DNA of 64,000 nucleotides from assembly GCF_041248615.1 (NCBI RefSeq), contig NZ_CP158426.1. The stretch is one strand, 5' to 3'. Of this stretch, positions 53,342 to 64,000 are shown piece after piece (within the stretch, counting starts at the first letter, position 1; each line of letters opens with the position of its first letter). Below the pieces are notes generated by a model that was given only the letters and a program-made list of their open reading frames with translations, was not told where the DNA came from and ran no database searches. The position numbers and the translations under genes were made by a program. The stretch comes from Escherichia coli (GTDB lineage: Bacteria; Pseudomonadota; Gammaproteobacteria; Enterobacterales; Enterobacteriaceae).

Positions 53342-54533
53342 CTACCTGCTGCTGCCGCTGATCTACCTGCTGGTTAACGTCAAAATCGCCCAGCTTGGTG
53401 AAAGTTTCCCCATCACCATCGTCACTTTTTTACCTGTCTTGTTACTGCTGTTTTTAGAGCGCATCAGCGTTAAAAAATTAATGATTGCCCTGGGGATTGG
53501 CGCGGGACTCACGGCGTTTAACTACCTGTTTGGTCAGTCGTTGGATGCCAGTAAATACGTCACTTCAACCATGCTGTTTGTCTATATTGTGATCATTATT
53601 GGCATGGTGTGGAGTATTCGCTTTAAAACGATTTCGCCCCACAACCACCGCAAGATATTACGCTTTTTTTATCTGGTGGTCGGGTTGGTGGTGGCGCTGG
53701 CGGCGGTGGAGATGGCGCAAATTATCCTCACCGGCGGCAGCAGTATTATGGAATCGATTTCGAAATATCTGATTTACAGCAACAGCTATGTGCTGAATTT
53801 CATCAAATTCGGCGGCAAGCGCACGACAGCACTTTATTTCGAACCGGCATTTTTCGCTCTGGCATTAATCTCAATTTGGCTCAGCATCAAACAGTTTGGT
53901 ATCAAAACGCCTAAAACCGATGCTATGATTCTCGCAGGGATAATATTATCCGGATCGTTTTCAGGGGTTATGACCTTTATCCTGTTTTATTTGCTGGAGT
54001 GGGCATTTCAATATCTGAATAAAGAGGCGATTAAGAAAAAGTTACCGTTAGCATTGATTTCTCTGGCTGTATTCCTGGTTGGTGTGGTAATTGCATTTCC
54101 TTATATTTCCACCCGTCTGGGTGATTTAGGCACGGAAGGATCGTCATCGTATTATCGTATTGTCGGTCCGCTGGTGATGGTCGGTTATTCTTTGACCCAT
54201 ATTGACGGTGTAGTCAGATTTGGCTCACTTTATGAATATGTCGCATCATTCGGAATATTTAACGGTGCGGATGTCGGAAAAACCATAGACAATGGTTTGT
54301 ATCTGCTGATTATTTATTTTTCCTGGTTCGCAGTGTTTTTATCGCTGTGGTACATGGGGAAAGTGATAAAAATGATGATCAACGCTTTTGGTGATAACCG
54401 CAATTTTCGCGTGCAATTATATCTTTTTACTCCGGTATCGCTGTTTTTTACCGGTTCGATATTTAGCCCGGAATATGCATTTTTAATCGTCTGTCCGTTT
54501 ATTTTGCGAAAAGCGTTAAATATTACGAGGTAA
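53316..54533 (+). CDS. wcaD: Putative colanic acid polymerase (Wzy-like membrane protein)
   Basis: ORF 53244..54533 trimmed to [24 protein letters not shown] (405 aa); overlaps the wcaC 3' end. Confidence 0.85.
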   Translation: MSTSIRICSYLLLPLIYLLVNVKIAQLGESFPITIVTFLPVLLLLFLERISVKKLMIALGIGAGLTAFNYLFGQSLDASKYVTSTMLFVYIVIIIGMVWSIRFKTISPHNHRKILRFFYLVVGLVVALAAVEMAQIILTGGSSIMESISKYLIYSNSYVLNFIKFGGKRTTALYFEPAFFALALISIWLSIKQFGIKTPKTDAMILAGIILSGSFSGVMTFILFYLLEWAFQYLNKEAIKKKLPLALISLAVFLVGVVIAFPYISTRLGDLGTEGSSSYYRIVGPLVMVGYSLTHIDGVVRFGSLYEYVASFGIFNGADVGKTIDNGLYLLIIYFSWFAVFLSLWYMGKVIKMMINAFGDNRNFRVQLYLFTPVSLFFTGSIFSPEYAFLIVCPFILRKALNITR

Positions 54534-54543
54534 GAATAAGAAC

Positions 54544-55290
54544 ATGTTGCTTAGCATAATCACTGTCGCGTTTCGTAACCTCGCAGGGATAGTCAAAACA
54601 CACGCCTCGCTGGCGCATCTGGCGCAGGCGGACGATATCAGCTTCGAATGGATTGTTGTCGATGGCGGTTCCAATGACGGCACCTGTGAGTACCTGGAAA
54701 ATCTCAAGGGTATCTATAACCTACGCTTTGTCAGCGAGCCAGATAACGGTATCTACGACGCCATGAACAAAGGCATTGCGATGGCACAAGGCAAGTTCGC
54801 GTTGTTTCTCAACTCAGGTGATATTTTTCATCAGGATGCCGCAAATTTTGTCCGTAAGTTAAAAGTACAAAAAGATAACGTGATGATCACTGGCGATGCG
54901 CTGCTGGATTTTGGCGACGGGCATAAAATTAAACGTAGCGCCAAACCGGGCTGGTATATTTATCACAGCCTGCCCGCCAGTCATCAGGCGATATTTTTCC
55001 CGGTATCCGGCTTGAAAAAATGGCGTTATGACCTGGAATATAAAGTTTCGTCCGACTACGCGCTGGCGGCCAAAATGTATAAAGCCGGTTATGCATTTAA
55101 AAAACTCAATGGTCTGGTGTCTGAATTTTCCATGGGTGGGGTATCTACCACCAATAATATGGAATTGTGTGCTGACGCCAAAAAAGTCCAACGGCAGATA
55201 TTGCACGTGCCTGGCTTCTGGGCTGAATTATCCTGGCATTTACGCCAACGTACTACCTCAAAGACGAAAGCCTTATATAACAAAAGCTGA
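54544..55290 (+). CDS. wcaE: Colanic acid glycosyltransferase (GT2)
   Basis: 248 aa. Confidence 0.9.
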   Translation: MLLSIITVAFRNLAGIVKTHASLAHLAQADDISFEWIVVDGGSNDGTCEYLENLKGIYNLRFVSEPDNGIYDAMNKGIAMAQGKFALFLNSGDIFHQDAANFVRKLKVQKDNVMITGDALLDFGDGHKIKRSAKPGWYIYHSLPASHQAIFFPVSGLKKWRYDLEYKVSSDYALAAKMYKAGYAFKKLNGLVSEFSMGGVSTTNNMELCADAKKVQRQILHVPGFWAELSWHLRQRTTSKTKALYNKS

Positions 55291-55305
55291 ATATAAGGGA
55301 AAACG

Positions 55306-55854
55306 ATGCAAGATTTAAGCGGTTTCTCGGTACCGAAAGGGTTCCGGGGCAGCAATGCTATTAAAGTGCAATTGTGGTGGGCGGTACAGGCAACAATATT
55401 TTCCTGGTCGCCACAAGTATTGTATCGCTGGCGGGCTTTTTTATTACGTTTATTCGGCGCAAAAATAGGAAAAAACGTAGTTATTCGTCCGTCAGTAAAA
55501 ATTACCTATCCGTGGAAATTAACCTTAGGTGATTACGCGTGGGTCGGCGATGAGGTCAATTTATATACCCTCGGTGAAATAACCATTGGCGCACATTCGG
55601 TGATATCGCAAAAAAGTTATTTATGCACCGGGAGCCACGACCATGCAAGTCAACATTTCACCATTAACGCCACGCCTATTGTGATTGGCGATAAATGCTG
55701 GCTGGCAACCGATGTTTTTGTTGCCCCTGGCGTCACGATTGGCGACGGCACCGTCGTGGGTGCGCGAAGCAGTGTTTTTAAATCGCTTCCGGCAAATGTG
55801 GTTTGCCGGGGGAATCCCGCAGTGGTGATACGCGAACGCGTTGAAACTGAATAA
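55306..55854 (+). CDS. wcaF: Colanic acid acetyltransferase (hexapeptide repeat)
   Basis: 182 aa. Confidence 0.9.
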   Translation: MQDLSGFSVPKGFRGSNAIKVQLWWAVQATIFSWSPQVLYRWRAFLLRLFGAKIGKNVVIRPSVKITYPWKLTLGDYAWVGDEVNLYTLGEITIGAHSVISQKSYLCTGSHDHASQHFTINATPIVIGDKCWLATDVFVAPGVTIGDGTVVGARSSVFKSLPANVVCRGNPAVVIRERVETE

Positions 55855-55880
55855 ATTCAAAAAATACAGAGGAATAAGGC

Positions 55881-57002
55881 ATGTCAAAAGTCGCTCTCAT
55901 CACCGGTGTAACCGGACAAGACGGTTCTTACCTGGCAGAGTTTCTGCTGGAAAAAGGTTACGAGGTGCATGGTATTAAGCGTCGTGCATCGTCATTCAAC
56001 ACCGAGCGCGTGGATCATATTTATCAGGATCCGCACACCTGCAACCCGAAATTCCATCTGCATTATGGCGACCTGAGTGATACCTCCAACCTGACGCGCA
56101 TTTTGCGTGAAGTACAGCCGGATGAAGTGTACAACCTGGGTGCAATGAGCCACGTTGCAGTTTCTTTTGAGTCACCGGAATATACCGCAGACGTCGATGC
56201 GATGGGTACGCTGCGCCTGCTGGAGGCGATCCGCTTCCTCGGTCTGGAAAAGAAAACCCGTTTTTATCAGGCTTCCACCTCTGAACTGTACGGTCTGGTG
56301 CAGGAAATTCCGCAGAAAGAGACCACGCCGTTCTATCCGCGATCTCCGTATGCGGTCGCCAAACTGTATGCCTACTGGATCACCGTTAACTACCGCGAAT
56401 CCTACGGCATGTACGCCTGTAACGGTATTCTCTTCAACCATGAATCCCCGCGCCGCGGCGAAACCTTCGTTACCCGCAAAATCACCCGCGCAATCGCCAA
56501 CATCGCCCAGGGGCTGGAGTCGTGCCTGTACCTCGGCAATATGGATTCCCTGCGTGACTGGGGCCATGCCAAAGACTACGTAAAAATGCAGTGGATGATG
56601 CTGCAACAGGAACAGCCGGAAGATTTCGTTATCGCTACCGGCGTTCAGTACTCCGTGCGTCAGTTCGTGGAAATGGCGGCAGCACAGCTGGGCATCAAAC
56701 TGCGCTTTGAAGGCACGGGCGTTGAAGAGAAGGGCATTGTGGTTTCCGTCACCGGGCATGACGCGCCGGGCGTTAAACCGGGCGATGTGATTATCGCCGT
56801 TGACCCGCGTTACTTCCGTCCGGCGGAAGTTGAAACGCTGCTCGGCGACCCGACCAAAGCGCACGAAAAACTGGGCTGGAAACCGGAAATCACCCTCAGA
56901 GAGATGGTGTCTGAAATGGTGGCTAATGACCTCGAAGCGGCGAAAAAACACTCTCTGCTGAAATCTCACGGCTACGACGTGGCGATCGCGCTGGAGTCAT
57001 AA
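55881..57002 (+). CDS. gmd: GDP-mannose 4,6-dehydratase
   Basis: 373 aa [32 protein letters not shown].... Confidence 0.95.
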
Positions 57003-57004
57003 GC

Positions 57005-57970
57005 ATGAGTAAACAACGCATTTTTATCGCTGGCCATCGCGGAATGGTCGGTTCCGCCATCAGGCGACAGCTCGAACAGCGCGGTGATGTGGAGCTGGTA
57101 TTACGCACCCGCGATGAACTGAACCTGCTGGACAGCCGCGCGGTGCATGATTTCTTTGCCAGCGAAAGCATTGACCAGGTCTATCTGGCGGCGGCGAAAG
57201 TGGGCGGCATTGTTGCCAACAACACCTATCCGGCGGATTTCATCTATCAGAACATGATGATTGAGAGCAACATCATTCACGCCGCGCATCAGAACGACGT
57301 GAACAAACTGCTGTTTCTCGGATCGTCCTGTATCTACCCGAAACTGGCAAAACAGCCGATGGCAGAAAGCGAGTTATTGCAGGGTACGCTGGAGCCGACC
57401 AACGAGCCTTACGCCATTGCCAAAATCGCCGGGATCAAACTGTGCGAATCTTACAACCGCCAGTACGGACGCGATTACCGCTCGGTCATGCCGACCAACC
57501 TGTACGGGCCGCACGACAACTTCCATCCGAGTAACTCGCATGTGATCCCAGCATTGCTGCGTCGCTTCCACGAGGCGACGGCACAGAATGCGCCGGACGT
57601 GGTGGTGTGGGGCAGTGGTACACCGATGCGCGAATTTCTGCATGTCGATGATATGGCGGCGGCAAGCATTCATGTGATGGAGCTGGCGCACGAAGTCTGG
57701 CTGGAGAACACCCAGCCGATGCTGTCGCACATTAACGTCGGCACGGGCGTTGACTGCACTATCCGCGAGCTTGCGCAAACCATCGCCAAAGTGGTGGGTT
57801 ACAAAGGTCGGGTGGTTTTTGATGCCAGTAAACCGGATGGTACGCCGCGCAAACTGCTGGATGTGACGCGCCTGCATCAGCTTGGCTGGTATCACGAAAT
57901 CTCACTGGAAGCGGGGCTTGCCAGCACTTACCAGTGGTTCCTTGAGAATCAAGACCGCTTTCGGGGGTAA
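57005..57970 (+). CDS. fcl: GDP-L-fucose synthase
   Basis: 321 aa [19 protein letters not shown].... Confidence 0.95.
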   Translation: MSKQRIFIAGHRGMVGSAIRRQLEQRGDVELVLRTRDELNLLDSRAVHDFFASESIDQVYLAAAKVGGIVANNTYPADFIYQNMMIESNIIHAAHQNDVNKLLFLGSSCIYPKLAKQPMAESELLQGTLEPTNEPYAIAKIAGIKLCESYNRQYGRDYRSVMPTNLYGPHDNFHPSNSHVIPALLRRFHEATAQNAPDVVVWGSGTPMREFLHVDDMAAASIHVMELAHEVWLENTQPMLSHINVGTGVDCTIRELAQTIAKVVGYKGRVVFDASKPDGTPRKLLDVTRLHQLGWYHEISLEAGLASTYQWFLENQDRFRG

Positions 57971-57972
57971 TG

Positions 57973-58452
57973 ATGTTTTTACGTCAGGAAGACTTTGCCA
58001 CGGTAGTGCGCTCCACACCGCTTGTCTCTCTCGACTTTATTGTCGAGAACAGTCGCGGCGAGTTTCTGCTTGGCAAAAGAACCAACCGCCCGGCGCAGGG
58101 TTACTGGTTTGTGCCGGGAGGGCGCGTGCAGAAAGACGAAACGCTGGAAGCCGCATTTGAGCGGCTGACGATGGCGGAACTGGGGCTGCGTCTGCCAATA
58201 ACAGCAGGCCAGTTTTACGGTGTCTGGCAGCACTTTTATGACGATAACTTCTCCGGCACGGATTTCACCACTCACTATGTGGTGCTCGGTTTTCGCTTCA
58301 GAGTAGTGGAAGAAGAGCTGTTACTGCCGGATGAGCAGCATGACGATTACCGCTGGCTGACGCCGTACGCACTGCTCGCCAGTAACGATGTTCACGCTAA
58401 CAGCCGCGCCTATTTTCTCGCTGAGAAGCGTGCCGGAGTACCCGGATTATGA
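57973..58452 (+). CDS. gmm: GDP-mannose mannosyl hydrolase (Nudix)
   Basis: 159 aa from MFLRQEDF; Nudix box region; the ORF track starts one codon earlier (57970). Confidence 0.9.
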   Translation: MFLRQEDFATVVRSTPLVSLDFIVENSRGEFLLGKRTNRPAQGYWFVPGGRVQKDETLEAAFERLTMAELGLRLPITAGQFYGVWQHFYDDNFSGTDFTTHYVVLGFRFRVVEEELLLPDEQHDDYRWLTPYALLASNDVHANSRAYFLAEKRAGVPGL

Positions 58453-59672
58453 AAATACTGGTCTACGGCATTAACTACTCGCCGGAGTTAACCGGCATCG
58501 GCAAATACACCGGCGAGATGGTGGAATGGCTGGCGGCACAAGGTTATGAGGTGCGGGTCATTACCGCACCGCCTTACTACCCGCAATGGCAGGTGGGCGA
58601 GAACTATTCCGCCTGGCGGTACAAACGAGAAGAGGGGGCCGCTACGGTGTGGCGCTGCCCGCTGTACGTGCCAAAACAGCCGAGCACCCTGAAACGCCTG
58701 TTGCATCTCGGCAGTTTTGCCGTCAGCAGTTTTTTCCCGTTGATGGCGCAACGTCGCTGGAAGCCGGATCGCATTATCGGCGTAGTGCCAACGCTGTTTT
58801 GCACGCCGGGAATGCGCCTGCTGGCGAAATTCTCTGGCGCGCGTACCGTGCTGCATATTCAGGATTACGAAGTGGACGCCATGCTGGGGCTGGGCTTTGC
58901 CGGAAAAGGCAAAGGCGGCAAAGTGGCACAGCTGGCAACGGCGTTCGAACGTAGCGGACTGCATAACGTCGATAACGTCTCCACGATTTCGCGTTCGATG
59001 ATGAATAAAGCCATCGAAAAAGGCGTGGCGGCAGAAAACGTCATTTTCTTCCCCAACTGGTCAGAAATTGCCCGTTTTCAGCATGTCGCAGACGCCGATG
59101 TTGATGACCTTCGTAACCAGCTTGGCCTGCCGGATAACAAAAAAATCATTCTTTACTCCGGCAATATTGGTGAAAAGCAGGGGCTGGAAAACGTTATTGA
59201 AGCTGCCGAACGTCTGCGCGATGAACCGCTGATTTTTGCCATTGTTGGGCAGGGCGGCGGCAAAGCGCGGCTGGAAAAAATGGCGCAGCAGCGTGGACTG
59301 CGCAACATGCAATTTTTCCCGCTGCAATCGTATAACGCTTTACCCGCACTGCTGAAGATGGGCGATTGCCATCTGGTGGTGCAAAAACGCGGCGCGGCAG
59401 ATGCCGTATTGCCGTCGAAACTGACCAATATTCTGGCGGTAGGCGGTAACGCGGTGATTACCGCAGAAGCCCACACCGAACTGGGGCAGCTTTGCGAAAC
59501 CTTTCCGGGCATTGCGGTTTGCGTAGAACCGGAATCGGTCGAGGCGCTGGTGGCGGGGATCCGTCAGGCGCTCCTGCTGCCCAAACACAACACGGTGGCA
59601 CGTGAATATGCCGAACGCACGCTCGATAAAGAGAACGTGTTACGTCAATTTATAAATGATATTCGGGGATAA
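58449..59672 (+). CDS. wcaI: Colanic acid glycosyltransferase (GT4)
   Basis: 407 aa [20 protein letters not shown].... Confidence 0.9.
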   Translation: MKILVYGINYSPELTGIGKYTGEMVEWLAAQGYEVRVITAPPYYPQWQVGENYSAWRYKREEGAATVWRCPLYVPKQPSTLKRLLHLGSFAVSSFFPLMAQRRWKPDRIIGVVPTLFCTPGMRLLAKFSGARTVLHIQDYEVDAMLGLGFAGKGKGGKVAQLATAFERSGLHNVDNVSTISRSMMNKAIEKGVAAENVIFFPNWSEIARFQHVADADVDDLRNQLGLPDNKKIILYSGNIGEKQGLENVIEAAERLRDEPLIFAIVGQGGGKARLEKMAQQRGLRNMQFFPLQSYNALPALLKMGDCHLVVQKRGAADAVLPSKLTNILAVGGNAVITAEAHTELGQLCETFPGIAVCVEPESVEALVAGIRQALLLPKHNTVAREYAERTLDKENVLRQFINDIRG

Positions 59673-59674
59673 TT

Positions 59675-61111
59675 ATGGCGCAGTCGAAACTCTATCCAGT
59701 TGTGATGGCAGGTGGCTCCGGTAGCCGCTTATGGCCGCTTTCCCGCGTACTTTACCCCAAGCAGTTTTTATGCCTGAAAGGCGATCTCACCATGCTGCAA
59801 ACCACCATCTGCCGCCTGAACGGCGTGGAGTGCGAAAGCCCGGTGGTGATTTGCAATGAGCAGCACCGCTTTATTGTCGCGGAACAGCTGCGTCAACTGA
59901 ACAAACTCACCGAGAATATTATTCTCGAACCGGCAGGGCGTAACACTGCACCTGCCATTGCACTGGCGGCGCTGGCGGCAAAACGTCATAGCCCGGAGAG
60001 CGACCCATTAATGCTGGTGCTGGCGGCGGATCATGTGATTGCCGATGAAGACGCTTTTCGCACCGCCGTGCGTAATGCTATGCCATATGCCGAAGCGGGC
60101 AAGCTGGTGACCTTCGGCATTGTGCCGGATCTACCAGAAACCGGTTATGGCTATATTCGTCGCGGTGAAGTGTCTGCGGGTGAGCAGGATACGGTGGCCT
60201 TTGAAGTGGCGCAGTTTGTCGAAAAACCAAATCTGGAAACCGCTCAGGCCTATGTGGCAAGCGGCGAATATTACTGGAACAGCGGTATGTTCCTGTTCCG
60301 CGCCGGACGCTATCTCGAAGAACTGAAAAAATATCGCCCGGATATTCTCGACGCCTGTGAAAAAGCGATGAGCGCCGTCGATCCGGATCTCGATTTTATT
60401 CGCGTGGATGAAGAAGCGTTTCTGGCCTGCCCGGAAGAGTCGGTGGATTACGCGGTCATGGAACGTACGGCAGATGCCGTTGTGGTGCCGATGGATGCGG
60501 GCTGGAGCGATGTCGGTTCCTGGTCTTCATTATGGGAGATCAGCGCCCACACCGCCGAGGGCAACGTTTGCCACGGCGATGTGATTAATCACAAAACTGA
60601 AAACAGCTATGTGTATGCCGAATCTGGCCTGGTCACCACCGTCGGGGTGAAAGATTTGGTGGTAGTGCAGACCAAAGATGCGGTGCTGATTGCCGACCGT
60701 AACGCGGTGCAGGATGTGAAAAAAGTGGTCGAGCAGATCAAAGCCGATGGTCGCCATGAGCATCGGGTGCATCGCGAAGTGTATCGCCCGTGGGGCAAAT
60801 ATGACTCTATCGACGCGGGCGACCGCTACCAGGTGAAACGCATCACCGTGAAACCGGGCGAAGGTTTGTCGGTACAGATGCATCATCACCGCGCGGAACA
60901 CTGGGTGGTTGTCGCGGGAACGGCAAAAGTCACTATCGACGGTGATATCAAACTGCTTGGTGAAAACGAGTCCATTTATATTCCGCTGGGGGCGACGCAT
61001 TGCCTGGAAAACCCGGGGAAAATTCCGCTCGATTTAATTGAAGTGCGCTCCGGCTCTTATCTCGAAGAGGATGATGTGGTGCGCTTCGCGGATCGCTACG
61101 GACGGGTGTAG
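59675..61111 (+). CDS. cpsB: Mannose-1-phosphate guanylyltransferase
   Basis: 478 aa [24 protein letters not shown].... Confidence 0.95.
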   Translation: MAQSKLYPVVMAGGSGSRLWPLSRVLYPKQFLCLKGDLTMLQTTICRLNGVECESPVVICNEQHRFIVAEQLRQLNKLTENIILEPAGRNTAPAIALAALAAKRHSPESDPLMLVLAADHVIADEDAFRTAVRNAMPYAEAGKLVTFGIVPDLPETGYGYIRRGEVSAGEQDTVAFEVAQFVEKPNLETAQAYVASGEYYWNSGMFLFRAGRYLEELKKYRPDILDACEKAMSAVDPDLDFIRVDEEAFLACPEESVDYAVMERTADAVVVPMDAGWSDVGSWSSLWEISAHTAEGNVCHGDVINHKTENSYVYAESGLVTTVGVKDLVVVQTKDAVLIADRNAVQDVKKVVEQIKADGRHEHRVHREVYRPWGKYDSIDAGDRYQVKRITVKPGEGLSVQMHHHRAEHWVVVAGTAKVTIDGDIKLLGENESIYIPLGATHCLENPGKIPLDLIEVRSGSYLEEDDVVRFADRYGRV

Positions 61112-61212
61112 CAGTTGAATAATCAACCGGATTAATTCTCCGGTAAATAACGACAAAAACAAAATTGGCCGTTTCGGTCAGGGCCAACTATTGCCTGAAA
61201 AAGGGTAACGAT

Positions 61213-62583
61213 ATGAAAAAATTAACCTGCTTTAAAGCCTATGATATTCGCGGGAAATTAGGCGAAGAACTGAATGAAGATATCGCCTGGCGCATTGGTC
61301 GCGCCTATGGCGAATTTCTCAAACCGAAAACCATTGTGTTAGGTGGTGATGCCCGCCTCACCAGCGAAACCTTAAAACTGGCGCTGGCGAAAGGTTTACA
61401 GGATGCGGGCGTCGATGTGCTGGATATCGGCATGTCCGGCACCGAAGAGATCTATTTCGCCACGTTCCATCTCGGCGTGGATGGCGGCATCGAAGTTACC
61501 GCCAGCCATAACCCGATGGATTACAACGGCATGAAACTGGTGCGCGAAGGGGCTCACCCGATCAGCGGTGATACCGGACTGCGCGATGTCCAGCGTCTGG
61601 CAGAAGCCAACGACTTCCCTCCCGTTGATGAAACCAAACGCGGTCGCTATCAGCAAATCAATCTGCGTGACGCTTACGTTGATCACCTGTTCGGTTATAT
61701 CAACGTCAAAAACCTCACGTCGCTCAAGCTGGTGATCAACTCCGGGAACGGCGCGGCGGGTCCGGTGGTGGACGCCATTGAAGCCCGCTTTAAAGCCCTC
61801 GGCGCACCGGTGGAATTAATCAAAGTACACAACACGCCGGACGGCAATTTCCCCAACGGTATTCCTAACCCGCTACTGCCGGAATGCCGCGACGACACCC
61901 GCAATGCGGTCATCAAACACGGCGCGGATATGGGCATTGCCTTTGATGGCGATTTTGACCGCTGTTTCCTGTTTGACGAAAAAGGGCAGTTTATCGAGGG
62001 CTACTACATTGTCGGCCTGCTGGCAGAAGCGTTCCTCGAAAAAAATCCCGGCGCGAAGATCATCCACGATCCACGTCTCTCCTGGAACACCGTTGATGTG
62101 GTGACTGCCGCAGGCGGCACCCCGGTAATGTCGAAAACCGGACACGCCTTTATTAAAGAACGGATGCGCAAGGAAGACGCCATCTACGGTGGCGAAATGA
62201 GCGCCCACCATTACTTCCGTGATTTTGCCTACTGCGACAGCGGCATGATCCCGTGGCTGCTGGTCGCCGAACTGGTGTGCCTGAAAGGGAAAACGCTGGG
62301 CGAACTGGTGCGCGACCGGATGGCAGCGTTTCCGGCAAGCGGTGAGATCAACAGCAAACTGGCGCAACCCGTTGAGGCAATTAATCGCGTCGAACAGCAT
62401 TTTAGCCGTGAGGCGCTGGCGGTGGATCGCACCGATGGCATCAGTATGACCTTTGCCGACTGGCGCTTTAACCTGCGCTCCTCCAACACCGAACCGGTGG
62501 TGCGGTTGAATGTGGAATCACGCGGTGATGTGCCGCTGATGGAAGCGCGAACGCGAACTCTGCTGACGTTGCTGAACGAGTAA
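61213..62583 (+). CDS. cpsG: Phosphomannomutase
   Basis: ORF 61165..62583 trimmed to [14 protein letters not shown] (456 aa); active-site TASHNP motif. Confidence 0.9.
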   Translation: MKKLTCFKAYDIRGKLGEELNEDIAWRIGRAYGEFLKPKTIVLGGDARLTSETLKLALAKGLQDAGVDVLDIGMSGTEEIYFATFHLGVDGGIEVTASHNPMDYNGMKLVREGAHPISGDTGLRDVQRLAEANDFPPVDETKRGRYQQINLRDAYVDHLFGYINVKNLTSLKLVINSGNGAAGPVVDAIEARFKALGAPVELIKVHNTPDGNFPNGIPNPLLPECRDDTRNAVIKHGADMGIAFDGDFDRCFLFDEKGQFIEGYYIVGLLAEAFLEKNPGAKIIHDPRLSWNTVDVVTAAGGTPVMSKTGHAFIKERMRKEDAIYGGEMSAHHYFRDFAYCDSGMIPWLLVAELVCLKGKTLGELVRDRMAAFPASGEINSKLAQPVEAINRVEQHFSREALAVDRTDGISMTFADWRFNLRSSNTEPVVRLNVESRGDVPLMEARTRTLLTLLNE

Positions 62584-62637
62584 TGTCGGATCTTCCCTTA
62601 CCCCATTGCGGGTAAGGGGCTAATAACAGGAACAACG

Positions 62638-64000
62638 ATGACAAATCTAAAAAAGCGCGAGCGAGCGAAAACCAATGCATCGTTAATCTCTATGGTGCAA
62701 CGCTTTTCAGATATCACCATCATGTTTGCCGGACTATGGCTGGTTTGCGAAGTCAGCGGACTGTCATTCCTCTACATGCACCTGTTGGTGGCGCTGATTA
62801 CGCTGGTGGTGTTCCAGATGCTGGGCGGCATCACCGATTTTTATCGCTCATGGCGCGGTGTTCGGGCAGCGACAGAATTTGCCCTGTTGCTACAAAACTG
62901 GACGTTAAGCGTGATTTTCAGCGCCGGACTGGTGGCGTTTAACAATGATTTCGACACGCAACTGAAAATCTGGCTGGCGTGGTATGGGCTGACCAGCATC
63001 GGACTGGTGGTTTGCCGTTCATGTATTCGCATTGGGGCGGGCTGGCTGCGTAATCATGGCTATAACAAGCGCATGGTCGCGGTGGCGGGGGATTTAGCCG
63101 CCGGACAAATGCTGATGGAGAGCTTCCGTAATCAGCCGTGGTTAGGGTTTGAAGTGGTGGGCGTTTACCACGACCCGAAACCGGGTGGCGTTTCTAACGA
63201 CTGGGCGGGCAATCTGCAACAGCTGGTCGAGGATGCGAAAGCGGGCAAGATTCATAACGTCTATATCGCGATGCAAATGTGCGACGGCGCGCGAGTGAAA
63301 AAACTGGTCCATCAATTGGCGGACACCACCTGTTCGGTGCTGCTGATCCCCGATGTCTTTACCTTCAACATTCTCCATTCCCGTATCGAAGAGATGAACG
63401 GCGTACCGGTGGTGCCGCTTTACGATACGCCGCTTTCCGGGGTTAACCGCCTGATAAAACGTGCGGAAGACATTGTGCTGGCGACGCTTATCCTGCTGCT
63501 GATCTCCCCGGTGCTGTGCTGTATTGCGCTGGCGGTAAAACTCAGTTCACCAGGACCGGTTATTTTCCGCCAGACTCGCTACGGCATGGATGGCAAGCCG
63601 ATCAAAGTGTGGAAGTTCCGTTCGATGAAAGTGATGGAGAACGACAAAGTGGTAACTCAGGCGACGCAGAACGATCCGCGCGTCACCAAAGTGGGGAACT
63701 TTCTGCGCCGCACCTCGCTGGATGAATTGCCGCAGTTTATCAATGTGCTGACCGGGGGGATGTCGATTGTCGGTCCACGTCCACACGCGGTGGCGCATAA
63801 CGAACAGTATCGCCAGCTCATTGAAGGCTACATGCTGCGCCATAAGGTGAAACCGGGCATTACCGGCTGGGCGCAGATTAATGGCTGGCGTGGCGAAACC
63901 GACACGCTGGAGAAAATGGAAAAACGCGTCGAGTTCGACCTTGAGTACATCCGCGAATGGAGCGTCTGGTTCGATATCAAAATCGTTTTCCTGACGGTGT
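62638..64000 (+). CDS. wcaJ: UDP-glucose:undecaprenyl-phosphate glucose-1-phosphate transferase, 3'-truncated by window end
   Basis: Manual translation from the ATG at 62638: MTNLKKRERAKTNASLISMVQRFSDITIMFAGLWLV...; open to the window edge, so absent from the ORF track. The track's 62736..62942 ORF is in a different frame. Confidence 0.85.
   Translation, partial: MTNLKKRERAKTNASLISMVQRFSDITIMFAGLWLVCEVSGLSFLYMHLLVALITLVVFQMLGGITDFYRSWRGVRAATEFALLLQNWTLSVIFSAGLVAFNNDFDTQLKIWLAWYGLTSIGLVVCRSCIRIGAGWLRNHGYNKRMVAVAGDLAAGQMLMESFRNQPWLGFEVVGVYHDPKPGGVSNDWAGNLQQLVEDAKAGKIHNVYIAMQMCDGARVKKLVHQLADTTCSVLLIPDVFTFNILHSRIEEMNGVPVVPLYDTPLSGVNRLIKRAEDIVLATLILLLISPVLCCIALAVKLSSPGPVIFRQTRYGMDGKPIKVWKFRSMKVMENDKVVTQATQNDPRVTKVGNFLRRTSLDELPQFINVLTGGMSIVGPRPHAVAHNEQYRQLIEGYMLRHKVKPGITGWAQINGWRGETDTLEKMEKRVEFDLEYIREWSVWFDIKIVFLTV

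Noticed and set aside
62736-62942. 68-aa ORF near the start of wcaJ
   Set aside because: Different frame from the wcaJ reading frame that begins at 62638 and stays open to the window end.

Overview
This 64 kb window reads as an Escherichia coli-type chromosomal segment, collinear with (and inverted relative to) the K-12 thiM-to-colanic-acid region. Gene identities come from reading the supplied ORF translations and the raw sequence and recalling known protein families; no database search was run. Gene order: a partial IS2 at the left edge; a low-GC spacer; TPP riboswitch-thiM-thiD; yegX; yegW; yegV-yegU-yegT (minus strand); fbaB; gatYZABCD-gatR; yegS; yegR; the sRNA cyaR with an apparently empty phage P2 att core; yegQ; yegP; baeR-baeS-mdtD-mdtC-mdtB-mdtA (minus strand); three tandem ibs/sib type I toxin-antisense RNA units; yegL-yegK-yegI; yegD; alkA; dgcE(yegE); udk-dcd-asmA; yegH; and the colanic acid cluster wza-wzb-wzc-wcaABCDEF-gmd-fcl-gmm-wcaI-cpsB-cpsG-wcaJ (wcaJ runs off the right edge). 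No rRNA, tRNA or CRISPR array was seen. Most of the window is well-described core genome, so I found no clearly undescribed system. The most interesting candidates are the translationally coupled vWA / PP2C phosphatase / atypical Ser/Thr kinase triad (yegL-yegK-yegI, TerY-P-like), the ibs/sib array with three copies where I recall two in K-12, the empty P2 att site at cyaR, the IS2 junction with a truncated low-GC ORF, and the uncharacterised yegTUV module.
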